Assembly (NCBI GenBank): GCA_040756235.1
Contig: JBFLZG010000080.1
Span: 1-64,000 of the forward strand
Source of the DNA: a bacterium
GTDB taxonomy: Bacteria > Desulfobacterota > DSWW01
Length of the DNA stretch: 64,000 nt
Reading direction: 5' to 3'
Part shown: in pieces, positions 46,493-55,300 of the stretch
Numbering within the stretch: the first letter of the stretch is position 1
Layout of the letters: each line of letters opens with the position of its first letter
Notes under the pieces: model-generated
What the model saw: the letters and a program-made list of their open reading frames with translations, nothing else
Database searches by the model: none
What the model was told of the DNA's origin: nothing
Program-made: the position numbers and the translations under genes

Positions 46493-48490
46493 CTACTTCG
46501 GTCGCGTGGCGAGCAGGTAGTCCACGACGCTCGGGTCCGCAAGTGTCGTCGTGTCCCCAAGGGCGCGCTTGTCGCTTTCTCCTTCGGCGATCTTGCGCAG
46601 GATCCGGCGCATGATCTTGCCGGAACGGGTCTTGGGCAGGCCGTCCGCAAAATGGATCTTGTCCGGCGTGGCAATGGGCCCGATCTCCTTGCGCACGTGA
46701 GCGACGAGCTCCTTCAGCAGAGCATCGTTCTTCTCCACCCCGGCCTTGACCGTGACGAACGCATAGATGCCTTGACCTTTGATGTCGTGCGGGAAGCCGA
46801 CCACCGCGCTCTCGGCCACTTTGGGATGGGAGACCAGCGCGCTCTCGATCTCGGCCGTGCCCATGCGGTGTCCGCTCACGTTGATGACGTCGTCCACGCG
46901 CCCCATGAGCCAATAATAGCCGTCTTCGTCCTTGCGCGCGCCGTCGCCGGTGAAGTAGATGCCCGGGAACATGCGGAAGTAGGTCTCGCCGAAGCGGGAC
47001 GGGTCGCCGTAAACCGAGCGCATCATGCCGGGCCAGGGCTCTTCGATGCAGAGCAGGCCGCCTTCATTAACTCCGGCCTGGGCGCCCGTCTCGCGCAGGA
47101 TCACGGGCTTTACGCCGAAATACGGGAGCGTCGCGCTGCCCGGCTTGAGCGGAAACGCCGCCGGAAGCGGCGTGATCAGGATGCCGCCCGTTTCGGTCTG
47201 CCACCAGGTGTCTACGATCGGACAGCGGCCCCTTCCCACGTTCGTGTGGTACCAGATCCACGCCTCGGGGTTGATCGGCTCGCCCACGCTGCCCAGGAGC
47301 CTGAGGCTGGAGAGGTCGTACTTCTTGACCCAGTCGTCCCCTTCGCGGGCCAGGGCACGGATCGCCGTCGGCGCCGTATAGAAAATAGAGACCTTGTACT
47401 TGTCCACGGTCGCCCAGAAGCGCCCCGGGTCCGGGTAGGTGGGGACTCCTTCGAACATGACCGAGGTGGCACCATTCGCCAGCGGTCCGTAAACGATGTA
47501 GGAATGGCCGGTCACCCACCCGATGTCGGCCGTACACCAGAAGATGTCCCGGTCGTGGTAGTCGAAGATGTACTTGAAGCTGTGGGCGACGAAGACCATG
47601 TAGCCGCCGACCGTGTGGAGCACGCCCTTGGGCTTGCCGGTGGACCCGGACGTATACAGGATGAACAGGGGGTCTTCGGCATCCATCTCCTCGGGCTTGC
47701 ATTCCGCGGAGGCCTCCTCCATGACCTGGTGCCACCAGAGGTCCCGGCCTTTGATCATGGATACGTCGAGGCCCGCCCTGCGGACGACGATGCACTTGGT
47801 GACATCGACCTTCTGGCCCCTGGCAAGATCGATGGCCGCGTCCGCGTTCACCTTCTGGGGAACCGGTTTGGCTCCCCGGAACACGCCGTCGCAGGTGATG
47901 AGCGTGTGGGATTTGGCATCCACGATGCGATCCGCCAGCGCTTCGGCGCTGAAGCCGCCGAAGACGATGCTGTGGATGGCGCCGATCCGGGCGCAGGCCA
48001 TCATGGAGATGGCCAGCTCGGGGATCATGGGCAGGAAGATGGTCACCCGGTCCCCCTTCTTGATCCCCATGCTCTTGAGCACATTGGCGAACTTGCAGAC
48101 CTGGTCCTTGAGCTCGCGGTAGGTGAGCTGGCGGCCTTTCTCCTTGGGGTCGTTGGGCTCCCAGATGAGGCCGACGCGGTCTCCCTTTCCGTCCTGTACG
48201 TGCCGGTCCAGGCAGTTGACCGTGATGTTCGTCTTGCCGCCTTCGAAAAACCTGACCTTGATCGGCTCGCTCTTGAAATCAAAATCCCGGACCTTGTTCC
48301 ACTTCTTGAACCAGACGAAATCCTTTGCCACGTTCCCCCAGAAGCCCTCGGGGTCCTGGATGGATCTCTGGTACATGTCCCGGTACTGGTCCATGCTCTT
48401 GACCCAAGCGTCGTCGAACCCCCTCTTGGGGGGATCAAACACACGATCTTCCAGCGCCACGGACACGATGCCTGCCTTGTCGTCGCTCAT
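46493..48490 (-). CDS. acs: Acetate--CoA ligase (AMP-forming)
   Basis: [73 protein letters not shown] (acetylatable Lys). Confidence 0.97.
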   Translation of the reverse strand: MSDDKAGIVSVALEDRVFDPPKRGFDDAWVKSMDQYRDMYQRSIQDPEGFWGNVAKDFVWFKKWNKVRDFDFKSEPIKVRFFEGGKTNITVNCLDRHVQDGKGDRVGLIWEPNDPKEKGRQLTYRELKDQVCKFANVLKSMGIKKGDRVTIFLPMIPELAISMMACARIGAIHSIVFGGFSAEALADRIVDAKSHTLITCDGVFRGAKPVPQKVNADAAIDLARGQKVDVTKCIVVRRAGLDVSMIKGRDLWWHQVMEEASAECKPEEMDAEDPLFILYTSGSTGKPKGVLHTVGGYMVFVAHSFKYIFDYHDRDIFWCTADIGWVTGHSYIVYGPLANGATSVMFEGVPTYPDPGRFWATVDKYKVSIFYTAPTAIRALAREGDDWVKKYDLSSLRLLGSVGEPINPEAWIWYHTNVGRGRCPIVDTWWQTETGGILITPLPAAFPLKPGSATLPYFGVKPVILRETGAQAGVNEGGLLCIEEPWPGMMRSVYGDPSRFGETYFRMFPGIYFTGDGARKDEDGYYWLMGRVDDVINVSGHRMGTAEIESALVSHPKVAESAVVGFPHDIKGQGIYAFVTVKAGVEKNDALLKELVAHVRKEIGPIATPDKIHFADGLPKTRSGKIMRRILRKIAEGESDKRALGDTTTLADPSVVDYLLATRPK

Positions 48491-48630
48491 CTCTTGCTCC
48501 TCCTCTCGCCACCCCTTGAAACGGAACCCGGACGTTGAACCTGGAAACCGAAATGGAAGTCGCCGCACAGATGAAGGCTCGGGACGGGAGCCCTGCTGTC
48601 CTGAGAATCGGAGACACCGGTACGCTTCGG

Positions 48631-48646
48631 AGCAACGGGCATGCCA
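48631..48646 (-). promoter_or_regulatory. Sigma54 (-24/-12) promoter of acs
   Basis: Minus strand TGGCAT-GCCCG-TTGCT, about 140 nt upstream of the acs ATG. Confidence 0.7.
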
Positions 48647-48731
48647 AGGGCCGCGAACCGGGCGCGTTACGCAATGACGTTGTAATCGAGAGGGTTAGCA
48701 GGGTCTCCCTCAAGGCTTCCGTGCAGCCCTG

Positions 48732-48764
48732 TCGGATTTTCTTACAGACTGTAAAGGATTCGGT
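48732..48764. promoter_or_regulatory. Putative upstream activating sequence of acs
   Basis: TCGGATTTTCTTACAG-A-CTGTAAAGGATTCGGT with a perfect core palindrome TTACAG-A-CTGTAA. Confidence 0.62.
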
Positions 48765-48894
48765 GAAGCGGACGGTCACGGGTCAGGTGTCGGCAGCCGG
48801 CCGGCCGAAAGCGGCCGGCCGGCAGAAAAATTGCAATGCGCCTCATGCGCCCATAGAATGAGGCGACCTCCTTCGAGAGCTTCAGAGGACTCCC

Positions 48895-50391
48895 ATGGAA
48901 ATGACCGAAAAACCGCGCATCCTGGTCGTCGACGACGACAAGATGATTCGCGAAGGGTGCGAGCGGATCCTTGCGCGAATGGGGTGCGAGGTGGCGACGG
49001 CCCCGAACGGCGAGGTGGCCCTGCGGACTCTCGAGGGAGCGTCCTTCTCGGTGGTCCTGCTGGATCTCATGATGCCGGGCATCGAAGGGTTCAAGGTCTT
49101 GACCCTCATCCGCCAATTCTGGCCCGACATCCTGGTCATCGTGATCACCGGCTATGCCACCATCGAGACCGCCATCGAGGCCATGAAGCGCGGGGCCTAT
49201 GGCTTCATCCCCAAGCCTTTCGAGGGGGACCAACTGCGCGTCATGGTCGGCAGGGCCATCGAACGCAAACAACTCAAGGAAGACGTGCGGCGCATGGAGC
49301 AGGAGCGTCAGAAGACGCTTCAGGACCTGGACGCCGAAAAGAGCCGTACGCGATCCGTGGTGCTCGCGATGCCGGACGGCGTGGCCGTAACGGACCCCGA
49401 GGGCGTGGTCGTACTGATGAATCCGGCTTTCCTGCGGCTGCTCTCCCTGGAGCCCTCCAGGCGGCCCGGGGAGCCGATCTCCGCCTACCTGCCCGATGCG
49501 GAGCTGTGCAGGCAGCTTCTCGAGGTATCCAGGGGCCGTCTCGATGATCCGACGCAAGGCATCTCCTACGAGTTCTCGCCGCGCGAGGAAAAGTTCCTGC
49601 TCGCCCATATGACCCCGGTCCTGAGTGAAACCGGAGAGTGCCGGGGCGCGGTGACGGTGCTCGTGGACGTGACCCACTTGAAAGCTCTGGACCGGATCAA
49701 ATCCGCATTCGTCGCCCAGGTCTCCCATGAGCTCCGCTCCCCACTGTCCACCATCCACCAACAGCTTGCCGTGGTCCTGAACGAGCTGGTGGCCGAGGTG
49801 CCGGAAGAGCAAAGAAACATCTTGGCCCGCGCCAAGGAGAAGACCTTGGGGCTCATCGCCCTCATCGGCGATCTGCTCGATCTGTCGCGGATCGAGGCGG
49901 GCGTCCATCTCAAGGAGCCCAAACCGATCGCCCTCGAGGAACTCCTGAAAGGGGTCGTGGACTTCCTGTTCGCCCGGGCAAAAGGACGGCAGCAGACTCT
50001 GACCCTGGAGCTCCCGCAGGAGAAGCTGCCTCTCGTGGACGGAGACCCGCTGGCCCTGGAGAGCGTCTTCGGCAACTTGATCACGAATGCCATCAACTAC
50101 ACGCAGGACGGGGGCGAGATCCGGGTCCGGGCCGCCCGTGACGGCGGGCAAATCCGTGTCGCGGTCCAGGACAACGGGATCGGCATCGAAGAAAAACACC
50201 TGGCAAAGATCTTCGAGAGGTTCTACCGGGTCAAGAACGAGAAGACGCGGGCCATCACCGGCACCGGGCTCGGGCTCTCCATCGTCAAAGGGATCGTCGA
50301 CGGCCTGGGGGGGAGCATCTCGGTCGAAAGCCGGCCCGGGGCCGGCAGCACCTTTACCGTCTCCCTACCGCCCTCCCGGTCGTCCGGTTGA
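48895..50391 (+). CDS. Hybrid sensor: receiver-PAS-histidine kinase
   Basis: ILVVDDD, LLDLMMPG, ITGY, FIPKPF. PAS part MPDGVAVTD.EG. Kinase part VSHELRSPL, NLITNAINY, DNGIGI, GTGLGL. Confidence 0.93.
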   Translation: MEMTEKPRILVVDDDKMIREGCERILARMGCEVATAPNGEVALRTLEGASFSVVLLDLMMPGIEGFKVLTLIRQFWPDILVIVITGYATIETAIEAMKRGAYGFIPKPFEGDQLRVMVGRAIERKQLKEDVRRMEQERQKTLQDLDAEKSRTRSVVLAMPDGVAVTDPEGVVVLMNPAFLRLLSLEPSRRPGEPISAYLPDAELCRQLLEVSRGRLDDPTQGISYEFSPREEKFLLAHMTPVLSETGECRGAVTVLVDVTHLKALDRIKSAFVAQVSHELRSPLSTIHQQLAVVLNELVAEVPEEQRNILARAKEKTLGLIALIGDLLDLSRIEAGVHLKEPKPIALEELLKGVVDFLFARAKGRQQTLTLELPQEKLPLVDGDPLALESVFGNLITNAINYTQDGGEIRVRAARDGGQIRVAVQDNGIGIEEKHLAKIFERFYRVKNEKTRAITGTGLGLSIVKGIVDGLGGSISVESRPGAGSTFTVSLPPSRSSG

Positions 50392-50702
50392 GCGGCAGGC
50401 GGAGCGTGTCCACCAGCCGCGGCTCAAGGCTGCGAGCGCGGCGTCTCGCTGCAACCGCAAGCAAGACTGCCAGCGACCGAGAAATCCGCTTCTGTTTCCC
50501 CCTCACCCTGCCCCTCTCCCCCGAACGCGGGGGAGAGGGGATTCGACCGCACGGCGCCCGCCGCCCCCACGCAACATTTGCTGCTGAAGAGACCCTTGCG
50601 GAGGTTTCGAGTTTTCATTCCTTCTCCCCTGGCCGAGGGGAGAAGGTCAGGATGAAAGGTGAATCTGCTCCTGCTTCCCCACCCAGATTCATCACCCCCG
50701 GG

Positions 50703-52382
50703 TCAGCGCAACGCGGCAGATGGGCTTTCTGCAACGGCCTGCCAGAGCTCTATCCCGTACGTCCACGTCTCGGTGAGGACCTCGTCGCCCTTCTTCAGGA
50801 ACGCCCGCATCTCCACCGCGGACCTCCTCTCGGGAGCGGCCTGGCTGACCGGCGTGATGGGATCGACGTCGGGCCGTATCTGAAAGACGGCGCGCCAGCC
50901 TCCGGTCACGACGTTCTTGTAGACCTGCTGTTCGGCCAGGGTCGCACCCGGCCCGACCGAGACCACCCCTTCCACGGCGTCTCCGGAGTGGAGCTGTCCG
51001 AGATTGCCCCCTTCGAAGTCGATCACGAACATCCTGAGACTCGGGTCCTTGGGCTGCTCGGTTCGGGTTGCCACGACGCGTCCCGCCGGCGGCTCGTTCG
51101 GGTCCGGGTACGCCCAGCTCAGCGTGTAGGCGAACGACAGGGGCTCGCCCACCGGGGCCGCGTCAGGCCGCCAGTAGGCCACGATGTTGTCGTGGATCTC
51201 GTCATCCGTGGGGAGCTGCACGAGCTCCACCCGGCCCTTTCCCCATGCGCCTTTGGGGGTGCACCAGAGGCTCGGGCGATAGTCGTAGCGGGCCTCGAGG
51301 TCCTGGTAGTGGTCGAAGTCCAGGTCCCGCTGCATGAGGCCGAACCCGCTCGGGTTGTCCGCCAGGAATGAGTTGGCCTCCACGCCTTGCGGGTTGGAGA
51401 GCGGCCTCCACAGCCATTCGCCGTTCTGCATGTGAATCATCAAGCCGTCCGAGTCGTGAATCTCGGGCCGGAAGCCGTCCCTGGGCCGGATGTTGGTGTT
51501 CTCTCCGTAAAAGAACATGCTGGTCATGGGAGCTATGCCCAGCGTTTCCACCGGCTGGCGCAGGAAGATCGTGCTTTCCACGTCCATGCGCGTCTGGCTT
51601 CCCGGCCGGATGACGAAGGAGTAGGCGCCGGTCAGGCGCGGGCTGTCGAGCAACGCGTAAACGGTGATGTGCGAGTCGCCCGCAGCGGGCTTGCGGATCC
51701 AGAACTCCCGGAACCAGGGGAACTCTTCGCCGGTCGGCTGGACCGTGTCCACGGCCAGGCCTCGCGCCGAAAGGCCGTAATGCATCGACTTCGCCACGGC
51801 CCTGAAATAGGTCGCTCCCAGAAACACCGCGACCTCGTCCTTGTACGCGGCGGTGTTGATATTGCAGTGGATGCGGAATCCGGCAAAACCCAGGTCGTTC
51901 GGCACGCGCTCCCGGATCTCCTGCGCGCTCTTCTCGTAGTTGAAGAGATCGGTGGAAAACCGGATCGGCACGGTCCCGTCGGGGGTGATCTCGTGGATGC
52001 GCACGGTGCGGTCGAAGTAGAGGCCGGCATGGAAGAACTGGAGCTCGAACGGGAGATTCTCGTCCCTCCAGTGTGACTTGGCCGGAATGAAGCGGATGTC
52101 GCGGAGCTGATCGTAGGTGATCTCGAGGAGCCACCCCGGCATCTTGCCCCTCGGGTCCTGATACTTTCCCTTGGAGAGCGACCGCGCTTTCCGGACGACG
52201 TCGTTCATGCCGAACGCGGCCTCCCCGCGGGACAGGCGCCTTTCGGAGGACATCGCCAACTGCTCGGCCTCGGCGGCCGAACCCGTCCAGGAGCCGGCCA
52301 CCCCGATGAGGGCGGCCCAGACCCAGCAGGAAAAGACCTTCCCCGCCTTCTGCCACCTCGTGTCACGGTCCGTGCTCTTCAT
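50703..52382 (-). CDS. Glucan biosynthesis protein OpgG/OpgD (MdoG/MdoD) family
   Basis: Signal-like N-terminus, YDQLRDIRF, FELQFFH.G, GFAGFR, FLGATYFRA, YGLSARGLAVDT..P.GEEFP.F, RPEIHDSDGL, PTDDEIHDNIVAYW, ETWTY. Confidence 0.93.
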   Translation of the reverse strand: MKSTDRDTRWQKAGKVFSCWVWAALIGVAGSWTGSAAEAEQLAMSSERRLSRGEAAFGMNDVVRKARSLSKGKYQDPRGKMPGWLLEITYDQLRDIRFIPAKSHWRDENLPFELQFFHAGLYFDRTVRIHEITPDGTVPIRFSTDLFNYEKSAQEIRERVPNDLGFAGFRIHCNINTAAYKDEVAVFLGATYFRAVAKSMHYGLSARGLAVDTVQPTGEEFPWFREFWIRKPAAGDSHITVYALLDSPRLTGAYSFVIRPGSQTRMDVESTIFLRQPVETLGIAPMTSMFFYGENTNIRPRDGFRPEIHDSDGLMIHMQNGEWLWRPLSNPQGVEANSFLADNPSGFGLMQRDLDFDHYQDLEARYDYRPSLWCTPKGAWGKGRVELVQLPTDDEIHDNIVAYWRPDAAPVGEPLSFAYTLSWAYPDPNEPPAGRVVATRTEQPKDPSLRMFVIDFEGGNLGQLHSGDAVEGVVSVGPGATLAEQQVYKNVVTGGWRAVFQIRPDVDPITPVSQAAPERRSAVEMRAFLKKGDEVLTETWTYGIELWQAVAESPSAALR

Positions 52383-52396
52383 GAATCGCAACCTCA

Positions 52397-55300
52397 CTAT
52401 GGTTCGGGATCGGCAGGCACAGGCCTCAAATCGAGCGCGGCCGGAGGGCCGCCGCCCGTCCCCGTTCCCCTTCTCGACAAGCTTCCCTCGATCCTCTGCC
52501 GGTATTCCTCTCCCTTGTAGACGAGCCGCTTCACCTGGAGCGGGCCCTTTGCATCGAAGAGGTCGTCCGGGACGACCAGGGACCCGTCCCTCATGGCGAG
52601 GCCGAGCAGGCCGTATGCCGCAGAGAGCATGCGGGCCGCAGCGCCCGTGTACCAGCTCCAGCCGCCCCGGCCCTCGTACCCGCAGCCCCAGTAAATGTCG
52701 GCGGCCTGCTGGTGGGGCGGCAGGCCGTACCTCAGGATGGCCTTCCTTCCCGCGTGGCCGGCCGGCGATATCTTGGTCCAGACCTGGACCGCGCGGGCGC
52801 GGAATCGCTCCGCCCGCTCCGCGTCGCCCGCCGCGCGGGCGCACTCGGCGAGCCGCACCAGCGCATCGACGAGCCACGACACGCCATGCGAGTACTGCCC
52901 CCCGTTCTCGCGCACTCCCGGCGGGTAGTCTGCGATACGGCCCGGTCTGGGGCGCGACGCCTCGGTGAAGGGAGGCTGCAACAGTGCGAACAGGCCTTCT
53001 GTCTCGAGATCTTCCAGCCCCTGCTCGAGCGCGTTTGCCGCACGCTCGAGCCCGGCGGCTCCCGAGATCGCGGGCCACGCCGCAGTCAGCGCGTCCGCGC
53101 ACACGAGCTCCTGTCCGCGGTCGGTGACGGCGCGCGCGTAGCGGCCGTCGCCCCACATGCGATCGAGCGCGCCGCGCAGCCGGGCCGCGGTCTCGAGATA
53201 GCGGCGTTCCTGCTCGGCCCCTTCCCTGCGTGCGGCAAGGGGGGCGAAGTGCTGCAGGATATCGTAAAGGAAGAAACCAAGCCAGACGCTTTCGCCCCGG
53301 CCCCCCGGACCGACCAGGTTCAAGCCGTCGTTCCAGTCCCCGGTGCCGATCAACGGCAGGCCGTTCCGGCCGAGCCGGTCCAGGGTGAGCTCGATCGCCC
53401 GCGTGCAGTGCCGGTAGAGAGGCTCCCGGTCGCGCGCGCGACGCGGCGCGAACATCAGGCCCTCATGGCCCGGCGGAATGGGGCGCGACTCGAGATAGGG
53501 AAGCGGCTCGTCCAGAATGGCGAGGTCGCCGGTCGCCTCCACGTAGCGGCACGTGACGTACGGAAGCCACAGATGCGGGTCGGACGCCCGGTTGCGCGCC
53601 CCCAGCCCCGAGGCCCCTTCCCGGCTCGGGTGCCACCACTGCAGGACGTCGCCCCGGAAGAACTGCTGGCTGCCGTGGAGCAGGATCTGGGAACGCGCCG
53701 TGCCCGGGTCGAGGAACAAGAGGGGCAGCACGCTCTGGAGTTGATCGCGGAAGCCGTAGGCGCCGCTCCTCTGGTTGGGTCCCGTGCGGCCCCACAGATG
53801 AGACGCGAGCACCTGGTAAGGAAGCCAGTCGTTGACCAGGCGATCGAAGCGCTCGTCACGGGTCGTCACCCGCAGGACCGAGAGCCGTTCGTCCCACCAG
53901 CGGCGCGTCTTCTCGAGCGCGGCTCGTGCCGCCGGCGCGCTCCGGCAGGCGCGGATGATGGAGCGCGCTCCTTCCATGTCCGGTGCCTGGCCGACCACCA
54001 GGGTGACGGTCTGCTGGCCGCCCGGGGCGACGCACAAAGTGCCTGCGAGGGCCGCCACGCGGTAGCCGTCGTCGGGTTGCTCCACGTCGGGCCTGCCGTG
54101 CCGTACCATGAAGGGAGTCTCCAACCCTCCCTCGGGGCCGCCCAGAAATCGCGAGCGCACGGTTTCGTATGCGTCCGCCGCGAGGTCCATGGCGACAAAT
54201 GCCCAACCCCCGCAGAAATCATTTCGGGGGTTCGTGAAGCACAAGGCTCCGGACTCCTCGTCCCGGTGAAAGCGGATGGCGCCTCGAGTGTCGAACGGGG
54301 TCTCGCCCAGGACGATCTGCAAATAAGGAACGACGCGGTAGACCGCGGGTTGGGAAGATCTGTTGCGGATCGTGAGCAGCCTGACCTCGGCCGGCGCGTC
54401 CGCAAGCACGCACAGGGTGTACTCGAGGTCGACGGCGCCCGCGCTCTTGCGGAACACGGCATAGCCGCGGCCGAAGGTGGCGGAGCAGGCCCCGTCTTTC
54501 CGCCTGAACGGCAGGAAGGTGGGTGCGGTGGCCTCGCCCGTTGACGTGTCGCAGAGGTAGAGCACCTGTCCCGGGACCTGCGCGGGCGCCTCGCTCGAGG
54601 CGAACGGCGTGATGCCGTTCTGCTGCGCATTGCCCATGAATGAAAAGATCGCACCCTCGTTGTTGACCACCATGCCGTAGCCCAGCTCATTCGCCATGAC
54701 GTGCGCCCAGGGCCGCGGCGTATCCCGGCCCATGGTGAGCTCGAGGCCGTCCTGAGAGAACTTGTAGCAGGGCCGGAGGCCGGAGAGCCGACTCCCGGAG
54801 TCATCCCCCTCACCCGGCGCGCCGAACCCGTGCAACCTGCGTCTCTTGGCCCAGGAAGCGTCGAGCGCGGCGCGGTCGACGGCCGGAATCCCGAGGTGGG
54901 CGTGCAGGAATCGGGCGGCCTCCTGCTCGCTCGAGGCGTATCCGTCGGCAAAGACCAGCTCGGCGGCCCGGCCCGGAGCCAGCTCGACCGAGACCCGCAG
55001 GCTGGCGATGGGGTCGAAGCCGTAGAGCAGCCCCTCGTCCGCAGGCTCGCGCGGCTTGCGCTCGAGTCCCTCGGGCCTGCGCAGGGTGGACGATCCGATG
55101 AAGTGCGTCCGGGAGTCCTCGTAGCCGATGAGCCGCGCCGCGCCGTCCCGCAAGGGACCGACGGCGTGGAACGCCACTTCGGCCGACATCGAGCGCTTTG
55201 CAGGATCGGCCGCTTCCTCCTTCAGGAGACGATTGCGCGCCAGGATGCCGCTCAGCCCGCGGACGAACCAGGTGCCCACGTGAATGCGGTTGTAATCGGG

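Noticed and set aside
45009..46913. 634-aa version of the porin ORF overlapping acs
   Set aside because: The upstream extension overlaps acs in another frame. The signal peptide and RBS support a start at 46340.
50703..53156. 817-aa OpgG ORF suggesting a fusion or frameshift with the GH94 gene
   Set aside because: The extension is out-of-frame overlap with the complete GH94 C-terminus. The ATG at 52382 follows a GAGG RBS and precedes a signal-like segment.
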